A stretch of 64,000 bases of DNA from Anthoceros angustus. Lineage: Eukaryota; Plantae; Anthocerotophyta. Under the pieces are notes generated by a model, which worked only from the letters and a program-made list of their open reading frames with translations, made no database searches and was not told where the DNA came from. A program made the position numbers and the translations under genes. The stretch is from NCBI GenBank assembly GCA_010909165.1, contig VJWM01000063.1:868001-932000 (forward strand), in the 5' to 3' direction. Numbering within the stretch: the stretch's first letter is position 1; each line of letters opens with the position of its first letter. Below are positions 1-10,510 of this stretch, piece after piece.

Positions 1-557
1 CTTGCTACCCCAAAAAATTGACTGCCTACTATCGCCCATGTTTCTCGATTCCTTGGAGCATTGCTCGCACTTTGAGTTGGCACCCGTTACCATTACTAAG
101 CCTTGGGCTCCATTTCTTCCTCCGATTTCCATGGGCAAATCGCCCCTCGATACTACTTCGCCATCCTTCATCCTCCTTACACTTAGAGGATTGATGCATA
201 GCAACCCAAGTTGAAGCCATGCTATTAACTACAAACCCGGCATTGGTAGCAGCAGTAGAGTTGCTCCCATCGCCATTAACTACACAGTAGGAGCTATTGA
301 TGGAAACATGATTTTACGCATATATAAATTTTGGCATCACAAGAAAGTCTAAATCATAGTAGATATACATTATAAATACAAGCTACTTTTACAAATATGA
401 CCATCCTCATATGAAGGAGTAAAATCACTTTCATAATAAACAAATTAAAATAGGCTCAATGGGCGCTGCTCTGTGTCCGAAGAAGGTATTACTTTATGAA
501 GAGTTAAAAAACATTGTTGTAGGTTAATGAAATAGAGAATCGGCATCCTAGCGGTGG
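1..557 (-). repeat. Inverted partial copy of the 5.4-kb tandem unit (left part), with ~0.7-kb internal deletion
   Basis: 1-286 is the reverse complement of ~42201-42475, and 288-557 is the reverse complement of ~41230-41495. The unit segment 41496-42200 is missing at the 286/288 junction. The copy continues at 36608 after the solo LTR. Confidence 0.93.
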
Positions 558-3500
558 TGTGGAACGCAAAAGTTTGGGCAACCAGCCCAAAAGAGCCGGA
601 GGAAGAACGAACTTGATTTTTTTTGGCTAAAGACGATTGAAGGGGATCATGCTAGGGAATTTTCTGAAATCCTTAAAGCTGGAGTTGTAGGATACTGTTA
701 GGGAGGCAGAGAGGATATCTCAAGGAAAAGAAACGGGTCAAAATGACCCTTGGGCGAGATAGGAAGGCGAGAGGAGGAAGCGGTAGGTGGCACGCCGTGA
801 CCACACCGGTAGGTCGAGGAAGGCGGACTGGGTAGGTCAAGGCGTCTCGGCTAAAAGGGAAATTAGGATAGGAGATATCCACTATATGCCCACCAATAGT
901 GGACTAGATAAATGGGTCGAATAGGAAATTAAAAGCTAGATTGGGCCGTTAGGAAACTAGGGGAAATAGTATCTTAGTATAAGAGGAATTGGAAACTCCA
1001 ATCAACAGAAAAGGTGCCACGTGGTGCATATCCAAGGGCGAGTAGATTGGTAGTTACCATTCCTAACCCCAAGTTATCTTTATAATCACTGCATGTGTGT
1101 AGGAGGTCACAACTTGAAGGTGAGGAAGCGCCAACACTGCAGGAAGGCGCCGCCACACCAAGAGTCAGAAGAGCCCCACAAGATGATGTACGTACCTGCA
1201 GGTGGATAGAGAAGAGGTGCAAGCTAGGCAGCGAGGAGGAAAATAGGCAAGACAAGTAGGGGTGCAACAAGAGAAGAAGGAAGGAAAGGGCCGGGTGGAA
1301 GGAAGAAGGCAATGCTTGCCCAAGCCCAAAGGAGTGTTGGGAAGAGCAAGGCATGTCAAAATTGAAGAGAAATTATGGAGAAGGGACTCTCAACTTGCTG
1401 GAGAAGATGTAAGAACTGGAACCTTAGAGAATTCCTTCTTTCAAATCACAAAGAATTGGAAACTCGTATGGAAAAGCAAGGGTATAAGAGCTAGGAATTG
1501 TGAGCAAGGGCGAGGTCAAGGCCGGGTGTGTGTGGAAATTGCAAGGAGCTGGAAGGTTCTTGGCATCCATTCAAGATTGTCCATCTCGGGCCAAGCATGG
1601 AAAGACCATTGCCTTTTATGACACTGGAGGACAAGCATCGACCGCAAAGATCAAGGCTGGAGGACTCAAGGAAGAGGAGGAAGGGTAGAACCCGAGGGGT
1701 TGCCGCCGAGGAGGAGGAAACCTCCATGAGCGAGCCCCAGAGGAGCTCAAGAGATGCAGGCGGATAGGGCCAAATGGTGTATAGGGAGACGCCTACCATG
1801 GTAGGTGCACACCCTACCGTGATAGGAACAACACGACAGTGAGTGGGGTACCCACTATAGCTGGGTACCCAAAGACCGTAGGTAGGCAGCCCTCGTTGGT
1901 AGGTAGGCAGCCCACAGCAGGAAGGGAATTGGAGTGCCTAGCACATGTTGCGGTGAAGGCCAAGAAGGATGAAGAAGATAGAGAAGAGATGAAGTTATGG
2001 TGCACCAAATGCTAGTCATTTGCAAGAGGAGGCCATGGCGGCCAAGCATGTGGAAGTACTTGCAAGGAGTAATGATGTGAGGATGGCATGATAGGGCCGC
2101 AGTCGAACTAGGAGAGGCCATGGTAGAGCTCTCATGGCAAGCTGAATTTGCGGGCTGCAAGATGGAGGTGGCACACCAGGAAGGTATTGCGATGGGCTGC
2201 AATATGGTGAAGGAATCGCAATGGGGTGCATCATGAAGGCAAAATTCAGCTTGGGCTGCAAGTAGGTGTGAAGGGAGGTCGTTGTGGTGGCGAGGAGAAT
2301 TGGGCAGCAAGGCTGATTCGAGAGTTGGTCAAGGAGTTCGCTAAGGAGAAATGTGGAGAAGGAGCTTGGTGAGGAGTTCAATAATGAATGAGTAAAATGT
2401 ATAAAAATGCACAAGGAACTTGGTGTGTTGGATATGGGGATAAGAACTCCGAGTTAAGCGTCCTATGGGTGGATCAAGACTATGGATGGGGTGCCTTTTG
2501 TGAGGAGTATGAGCTTATATTTGCAAAAGACACACGGGAGCTGATTGGGAAAGTTCTTAGTAGGGAGTTGCAGGCGCAGCCACGGATTTTGGAGGCTGAG
2601 GATTGAGCTTTTCCTTGGGTTTTGATGGTAGGATGGTCTCTATGGGAGCTTAGGCCAAGGAGATGCAGGGAATGTTGCTCTTGCACAAGAGCTGAAGGAT
2701 TGATGACTTAAGAGCCTTCTTGGTGCAAACCAACTAGGGTCTTGAATTTGTGCAAGATGGATGGAAAGGATCCTTAGATTCATGGTGGGGATTGATGGCT
2801 ACGATAGAAATTAGAGGTTATGGCTGGTCAAATAATGGATGGGATATGGCCACATGCTTGCAACCACTCAAATCTATGGCTGCAATTTAGGAGCTCTGTT
2901 GCTATAATTGTCATGAGAAGACCGGAGCGCTGTAAAAGTGCAGAGGGAGTGAGCTAGAGCTTGTGTGTGCGCCTCACTGTGTGTGCCTTCTTAAGAGTGA
3001 TGCCGCCATCTCCTCTTGGTGTTCTCTTTTCTTGTGGCACCAATTTCTTGGGTCTTGTGTGCCTTGGCTTGGTTTTGAGAGTGAATTTCTTCTAAGAGGG
3101 ATGTCCTTAGTGTTCTTGGTGCTTAGCTTGGTGTTTGTTCTCCTCATGGGATTGCTAAGAGCCAAGCTGCAAGGATGAGGCTGGTTCCGGAGGAAGCCAG
3201 GTGTGGATGCCGTGAAGGGTTTCTGAAGGCCAAGAAACCCCAACTCATGAAGCGCATGGTGGTAGTTTGGAGTGTAAACCCATTGCCAAAAATATTGGGC
3301 GATGGCATGGTGTGTGGAGGCCTACAATAATTGTGAAGAGGAGGATGCTTGGGCCACACGATGATGATAGGGAGGCCCTCGTGCAGATTAAGCCAGGGGC
3401 CTTAGATTTTGATGAGGTCACAAGCGATATGGACTCCGAGGAGTTTGGAGAAGAAATGGCGAGAGGAGCCCATAGTGCCATAAGGAAACAGGAGGGAAGA

Positions 3501-4113
3501 AGGCAACCTACCACGGTAGGGAGGCAGCCTACCGGCGTAGGCAGGCAGCCTACCGGCGTAGGTCTGTCGAAGGAGGCAATGGATGCAAGTGCTATTGAGG
3601 GAAGAGCGATGGTAGGGGAGGCAAGTACTTTGGCCCCCGCAAGAGATGTTAAGGAGGAGGTTGTCTCCCTAGGAGAATGAAAAATCACAAAGAGGAGCTC
3701 AACCTACCAACATAAGTGTGGAGAAGGAGGTCACTTGTTCCACAAGTGAAGGAGAGGAGGATGAGTCCTCGCGAAGGAAGGAGATGGCGCAGAAGCAAGG
3801 TAGGGGGTCACCCTACCACGGTAGGTGACCACCCTACCACGGTAGTCTGCCAGACTACCGTAGGTCGCCACCACGCCGGTAGTCCGCTGAGACTACAGGG
3901 TAGGCAAGGACCCCAGGAGGAGCCAGCCATGGCCTGATTGAGGATGGAAGGGCAGGGGATCCAACAACATGCCCCCTAAGATAGATGATAAGGTGGTTGA
4001 GGGAGCAATGCCACCGGAGGAGACCAAAGACGGGTATGGCCCGAAGACAGTGAGAAGGGTGAGAAATTCCCTCACCCCACTTGGACAAGGAGGGGGCTGT
4101 GAGTGAGACCAAG
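558..4113 (+). mobile_element. Solo LTR of a Gypsy (Athila-like) family, left arm, interrupted by a nested element
   Basis: Starts TGTGGAACGCAAAAGTTTGGGCAACC, homologous to the LTR starts at 9316(-) and 34859(-). Preceded by GGTGG (553-557). Its sequence resumes at 34860: gagaccaa|ccaacgcaaagaaggcccggagag matches the uninterrupted LTR text gagaccaacgcaagaaggcccggagag at ~31375-31400(-). Confidence 0.9.
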
Positions 4114-4356
4114 CATGGTAGGGGAGAACTGGGCACTCCCTGTGTCCTCCCACTATAGCGGCCACACTTATCCCACTGCCGTCAGACGTTGGGTTTCGTC
4201 CCATGAGACTTGTGTGAAAGTTCGAGGCCTTGGTCACCAATCGCCACCGCACAACTCTCACCTTCTCAACAAGCAAGGCGCCCACTACTCTCCCTCTGTG
4301 ACTGCACCGCTCGAAAATCGCCAACCCTCGACCCACAACGACAAAACCTGGGTCCT

Positions 4357-4551
4357 CGCCAAGAAAGGAGCCTACCACGGCGCCTGTGGGACCCCCGTTC
4401 ACACCGCGATTTCGTCCCTACTTCTAAGACCAAACTTCACCTACAACGACACAACACAATTGGTGTGTCCCGCCAAGGAAGGAGCCTACCACGGCGCCTG
4501 TGGGACCCCCGTTCACACCGCGATTTCGTCCCTACTTCTAAGACCAAACTT
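4357..4551 (-). repeat. ~114-bp tandem subrepeat near the LTR 3' end (U5)
   Basis: aggagcctaccacggcgcctgtgggacccccgttcacaccgcgatttcgtccctacttctaagaccaaactt occurs at 4366 and 4480. Counterparts occur at ~30130-30280, ~36080-36360 (3 copies) and ~62155-62340. Confidence 0.85.
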
Positions 4552-5969
4552 CTCCACCTGTGGAGCGCTTTACTTGCAGTTGGGATTCGTCCCTTAGGCT
4601 CGCCTGTGGCCTTCCACTAACACCTACACCTCTAATCCTCTACTCATCTTCTCATCTCCTCATCCTCTTCCTCCTATTCTAACCTCGATTCGGGCTTCTT
4701 GGTTTCGACTCGCCCTTACAACCCTGGGTCCGCCTCCACCAAGAAGTTCTTCCTTGGGCGGTTGCTATGAGTTTGACACTGACAATGAGAACCTCCAGGA
4801 GTCTTTCCTGTAGTCTACCCTCAAGCCGAGAGTTCTCGGGCATTTGCCACACACCCAAAGCAAAGCAATTTCACAAAGAACCATTCACAAGGGAGCAACT
4901 CGTTTAGGCACTTGCAGCAAGTCCTCCACCAAGCACTCAGACCACGCGACTTCCTCTACTGACGGTTGGCTCACAGCACGAAATTCCTCTGTAATGGCAA
5001 AGGACTCGATGAGCGTGGAAGCGCAAGACATGATACTTTACTTTGTGAAATCCTCCTCCTCTTATAGGAGGCCTTCCACATACAACCTCCCTTGGTGACC
5101 CTACCGCAGTCACCTTTTCCAATTCTATTATTTCCTACCAAGATTTAATGTCCGCACCTAAGTCTATTGTCCGATCCTTGGTAAATTCTATTCTAGTAAC
5201 TTCACCTAAGACCATCCTTGAAGGATGTCACACACCACCTATCCTTCCTGCTCCCAAAGCTCATTTATGGTCATTGACCATTCTTAGTCCTTATCACTGG
5301 GTGGTGACATGGCCCTTGGGGATTGGCTCCCTCGCCTCCTTTTGCTCTTGCCCTTCCCCTTGATCTTGTCGCCTTCCTAATGTGTGGGGCAAGTACCATC
5401 CCCTTCCTCCATCTCGGGCGGCGCCTAAAGTCTGTTATCTTCCATCACGGCCCCTCCGCACCTAGGCGCCTTTTTCTCCAGCCTCCGCTCGGTCCTGCTC
5501 ATCAAGACTCACACGGTCCGGCAGACCATCGGTAGACTACCTACCATGGTAGTCCGTCTATCTCCTTCTTCTCCTTCCTCTCCATCGGTGATGTCTCGGG
5601 GTGAGTTCCTCTTGCTCCTTCCTCCTGCTGGTTTGTCCATACCTATCATAGCATGTCTTCAAAGAATCTTCCCCATTCACCAATGTTGCTACTAACTCCT
5701 CTCGGCCTTCGCTGGTCTCCTCCTCCTCCTCCCTTATCCGTGGGCGAGGGAACTTCTCACCCTCCCTTCCTCGACGGGCCTGGACCCGTCCTTAGTCTCC
5801 TCCGGTGGGGTTGTCTCCCACCACCCCAGCTGCTCCTCCTCCAGGGGTATACCACGGACCCCGGCTCCTTCATCCTCGGCCAGCCTCCCGACTCCCATCA
5901 GCCTCCCCACTGGCACGCCACCCCGTAGTCCGCGACACAGAGGTGTGTTTCACCACGTAGTCCGGCAGA

Positions 5970-8230
5970 CTAATGGTAGGTGGTCACCCACCGTGGTAGG
6001 TTGACCCCGTGAGGGTGGGCTTTCCCCTCCTTGCTCTCGCCACCTTCTACCTTTGGCGCACGGCCGCCCTTCGCCTCCCGACTCTCGATTCCTCGAGTCC
6101 ATTTCACGATGGCCTCATCAAAATCGGAGGCCTCGGCCGCACTTGCGCTCCTTCTGTCATCATCATGAGGACCCAATGTCCTCCTCTTGGCCAAACGCAA
6201 GATCTCATTGTTGGCCTTCAAAATTCTATTGTGGAGGTGGGCCCCAAGCTATGATATTGCATTTGGAGATCATCAATCTCGTGGGCCACTCTCCATCTTC
6301 ACACCTACCTTTGTAGGCGTCCCTTGAGGTGGTCAATTCCCCACCTTGACATGGAGGGTCACATTCTCCTCCTTGCTTCCTTCATGGCCAATTTTGCACG
6401 AAGGGCATAATCCGCCCAAAACCGCTTCCTTACTACCGATTCTATGTACCACCTTCTTGTGGTACTCCTCCTCCGGACCTTTTCCTTCCAAGTCCTCTAT
6501 TCGTTGAGCAAGCCCTTCCTCTCCGCCAAGCATCTTTCTCGCCTCCCTCGAAGTTCTGGTTTTGAATTTCCAGCTGAGCGCTTCTCTTCCAAACTAAACC
6601 GGCTCTTCTCAACTCTTCCTTCATGTCCGGATGATGGCTTGTAGCCATCACTGCTCTGCCACCCATTTGCCGGACCGCCACCTTCTCCTTCCGAGAGCCT
6701 CTGCTGCTTGCTCTTGCTCTAATTGGGCAAAATGCTCCTCCTCCTTTCTCCATGAGTCTCGTTGGGTGGTTGCTCGGATGGCTCTTCTTCGCTTGAGCCA
6801 ACCTCCCTCAAGACCTTCTCCTTCCTCATCCACGAATTTGGCTTGAGGAGCTTCTCCTGACCTTTTCCACTTGGCTGCCTTTTCGTCGGACTCCATGGCC
6901 TCCAATTGCCATTTGGTCCCCGCCTTCCTCCGGCCATGTCTTGAGATTTCACTTCCTCTTGGCATGCCCACAAGGAGGCTAGTCCCTAGCCTTCAAATCC
7001 ACCGAGTGCTTCACAAGCACCCAAAGAATTCTCCTAGGGGTCCTAATTCCACCCTTCTTTCTTCTTGCTGGAAATCTCCAGCTCTCCACCTCTCGGGCCA
7101 TCGCGCTGGCCCCTTCACCATCGCTCCATCCGCCTCCCACCGCGCGGAAGATGGTGGGGACTCCCCTCCTTGCTCTCGCCACCTTCTCCTTCCCTTCCAC
7201 CGAGGGCTTGCCGGCGGCGAGGGTGCCACCGCTGCCTCAGGGTAGTCCCTACCTGGTAGGTCGACGCCTACCACGTAGCCCGCCCACCCCTTGCAGACCG
7301 CCTCACCGGGGGTAGTCCGGGTGCCTCTCTCGTAGGCACAAAGGAGATGGTGGGGACTCCCCACTCACCACCCTCCTGGTCCTTCTCTCATAGACCACCA
7401 TCGGCCTTCGGCCGCCTGCCTCTTCTTCCCTTGCTTGCCCTGTGGGATTCCCCACTCCAACTTTGTTGCCTCGAACCTTCTCCTCTTGCCTCTAGCATTT
7501 TGTGGAGGTCGACCTCCCACCGTCTTTCCAATGCAAAGGCAAAGGCCTTTCCAACCTCGGCCGGAGATGGATGACCTCAAAGGGATGCCATGCATCTTCA
7601 AGCTCCTTGCTTGTGAGGAGTCCCTGCTTTCCCATAAATGCACCAAATAGGTGCTAAGATAGCAGCCTTGGTCCTTCCTCATCCACCGAATTTGGCTTGA
7701 GGAGCTTCTCTCGATGGTGTATGTACGCTTCATACATGATAGTCCCCAATCGGCTTGGCTCCCATGGAAATCTTCCACAAAATTGGAGGAAGTTGGTCTT
7801 TGAAATAAGAGTGCGTTGGTAATTTACCAACCCCAGCAATCTTTGCGAAGAGCCTCCACTTCACCTCCTTGATGCTCTCGGTCTTCCAGCCATTCTTGGC
7901 GTGGGCCTTCACTCCTCCATCCATCATGTCAAGGAACTCTGCGGGATGTCGGTGATCCTCTTCCCCATTCAACCTTTCGAGGAGAGCAATTCGAGCTTTC
8001 TTCCTCCGGTCTTCCATACACTGTCGAATACTTCTCACGGTCCAACAGCGGGATCCGTTCTAGCATTCCTTCCTAGAGCGCGGCGAGTCGCTGATTGATG
8101 GAGGTTGATGTAACACTCCTCAATCAATTCCAAATTGGTGTAGGCCCATTGGCGGCCATACACCCATCCTAGTTGGATGTTCTCCTCCTCCGCCCATGAA
8201 AAATCAACCAAATCTCGGGGTTGCCCCAAA
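5970..8230 (-). pseudogene. LTR-internal ORF (frameshifted, unknown function), element-sense
   Basis: Recurrent peptide blocks appear in the LTR copies: ENIQLGWVYG.QWAYTNLELIEECYINLHQS, MMDGGVKAHAKNGWKTESIKEVKWRLFAKI, KELEDAWHPFEVIHLRPRLERP, a coiled-coil-like stretch and KRRTLGPHDDD. Differences from the solo-LTR homolog are mostly at third codon positions. Confidence 0.6.
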
Positions 8231-8940
8231 GCAAGTGAATTGGGGCATCACAAGTTCACCTCCCACAGCCGACTCTGCTTTCTTTCCTTTTCTCCTCGCG
8301 AGGAGAGCCCCAGCGGCTCCTTTCCCTTGCCTTTTCCCACTAGGCATGGCACCTTCCTTACTCGCGCCTAGCAAAGAGGATTACTTCCCAATTTGAGGTG
8401 CTCCAAGCTTCACCTCCAAACACTCCTTTTCTCGCACCGACTCACCGAGGCACAAGCACACGTTAGCCTGTCTTGAGCCTCACTGCTGCATTTCTCCTTG
8501 ATTTCTTCTCTCGGCAGTGTGGTCGCGATTTTCCTCCTTCTACTCTCACTCTCCTTCACCCACTTCCAGCGCTCAACCAGCTCTGCGGTGGCGGCTCCTT
8601 CAATGTGTCTCTTTCCCGATTCAAGAGCTTCTCGGTGCCTGAGCGCTCGGCTTGCCGCCTCCTCTTTCTCCTTTCCCTAGGGTCTTCCTTCGCACCGCCT
8701 TCCTCTCGTTCGTGGTCGCAGCCGACGCAATGGCGCTTCTCCTTGGGCTTCTTTTGCCTCCCCTCCTTCTCTTGGGAGTGAGTTCGCCTTAGCTCGAAAA
8801 GGAAGTTGGCGGCCTAGCGCACTTTGCCCTTTGGATGGTCACACTGGCCACACAACCCTAGATTGTGCATCATTCACAAAATCCTAATCGATCTATAATA
8901 CCTATTTTCCTACCGCCTAATTAATCTCTTGCTAATTACT

Positions 8941-8978
8941 CTTATATATTTATCCCTATTGATGAGCATATATAGTGG
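8941..8978 (-). promoter_or_regulatory. Candidate LTR promoter TATA region
   Basis: CCACTATATATGC...AAATATATAAG lies ~340 bp from the LTR 5' end in the main AT-rich patch of the LTR. It is conserved at 34491-34527(-), 55412-55450(+) and, more diverged, 879-890(+). Confidence 0.55.
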
Positions 8979-9316
8979 ATATCCCCTTTATTCTAAGTTT
9001 CCTTTTAGCGAGATTTGTCACCCCTACCATGTAGTCCGCGGCCATCATGTAGTCCGCTCCCTTACTCGCTAGGGCGTAGTGTGTGGCAGCTCACGGTAGT
9101 CCGCCACCTACCAACCTTCTTGACCGCCTCCGCCTCGCCCTGGGGTCGCTTGACCCGCTTTTTCCTCTGGGATATCCTTTTGCCTTCCTAACAATATTCC
9201 GCTCTAGTTCCAAGATCTTGAAGTTTTCCTCGCATGTTCCTCTTCAATCGGTCTTAGCCAAAAAATCAAACTTGCCTCCGGTTTGAATTTGGTTGCCCAA
9301 ACTTTTATGCTCCACA

Positions 9317-9330
9317 TACTCCCCACCTCA
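9317..9330 (-). promoter_or_regulatory. Polypurine tract (PPT)
   Basis: The - strand reads TGAGGTGGGGAGTA immediately before the LTR start TGTGGAGC. Confidence 0.85.
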
Positions 9331-10289
9331 CTGTTTGCGTCCTTGTGGCGCGACTTTATTGATAGCCGGTAGGCATACAATCCGTGTAGGCGTGGAAGTC
9401 CGTTCCAAGGGAATGATAGGCTCCGTTTACGCGTTTGGTGATTCCCGCCGTCCTTAGCGCTCGTCACCAACACACACATACTCCTAACTTCTCACAACGT
9501 TCACCGTGACAGCCCTAGATGGCTAAACGCTTTAAGGACCTGTCAAGTCTGATTGCTCACATCCGTCCCTCACACATCCGCCCTTCCTCTCTCCCCTCAC
9601 GCTACACTCCTCGGTCTTAGAAAAAGGCGCGGGTTACCAGTCCGGACCTCCTCGTCGTTCCGGGCCTCTCGTCCGCTCTGCGCCCTCCGGAGTTCCTCCG
9701 GCTCACGCCTCCCGAGTTCCTCCGGCCACGCCCAGCCCCGTTGCCGGCCGCCGGCTCCGGACGAGCACGGGTCACCACCCTTCCCCGCACACACCACAAC
9801 ACGTTAGGTCCGCCACCGGACCTTGATCAATCTCCCGGAGCGCCGTGCTCGCCTGACTCAGACTCACGTTAGCAAGAAGACACACAAAGGTCCGCAAGAA
9901 CGCGATCAATCACCAAGAGAAAGATGATTTATTCTGGGCCCTCTTATACTACGCCAAGGTCGGCGCTTTATTACACCTCTATTCCGAGCCGAGGCCACCA
10001 GTACCCTAACCACCGCCTACTACCCCGCTATTCCACCTATCGCGTCGTGGTGGGGCTGGATGGCCCTCATTCCTTCTTGGCACCGCCCAAAGCCGAGGTC
10101 GGGCACTAATCGGATGATCCGCGAGGGACCCTTCCTCTTCCCGAGGGTCTCAGCCGCGCGGCCAAGGGCTCGACAACGCGGTCACCACCAAGTCCTCCTC
10201 GTCCTCCCTCTTCTCCCAAGGGCCCCTCAGGGCCTCCAAGGGTTGGATCATTGCCAGGACATGGCTCTCACTCCCGAGTTTGGACCTCA

Positions 10290-10510
10290 CTGCTCGACCG
10301 AGTCCGGACCTCTAGGTCAGTCTTCCCTCAGTCGGTCTCTGGCCCGGCCTTCTTTGAGTCAGGTCCTCGGGGCCGGGCCTCTGAGGTCGTCTTACGGACC
10401 CTTCACAGGGTCGGGACCTCGGGGCCGGACTCGTCACTAGAGTCTGGATCCCGTCAGACTTCCTTGAGGCGGACCTCGGGTCGGCCTTCCTCGAGTCGGA
10501 CAAAGTCCGA
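10290..10510. repeat. GTCCGG/CCGGAC-rich degenerate short-repeat tract in the 3' region of internal B (counterpart ~19880-20100 in internal A)
   Basis: Dense recurrence of gagtccggac, gggtccgg, gtcggg and ccggac motifs at the same position in both internal regions. Confidence 0.55.

Larger units (their letters stand above)
4114..9316 (-). repeat. 3' LTR (~5.2 kb)
   Basis: Begins TGTGGAGCATAAAAGTTTGGGC on the - strand, right after the PPT. Collinear with 29899-34859. The distal terminus is degenerate: + strand reads CATGGTAGGGG instead of TGTGGTAGGG. Confidence 0.92.

Noticed and set aside
2388-2606. 72-aa ORF (MSKMYKNAQGTW...) and hydrophobic ORF 2963-3178 in the solo LTR as independent genes
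   Set aside because: Short, with no recognisable domain, and inside the LTR between blocks homologous to the LTR ORF. At most they are diverged parts of that frame.
4103-4620. ORFs with a repeated GAYHGACGTPVHTAISSLLLRPNF peptide
   Set aside because: A translation of the 114-bp U5 subrepeat on the element's antisense strand. The frame is not maintained in the other LTR copies.
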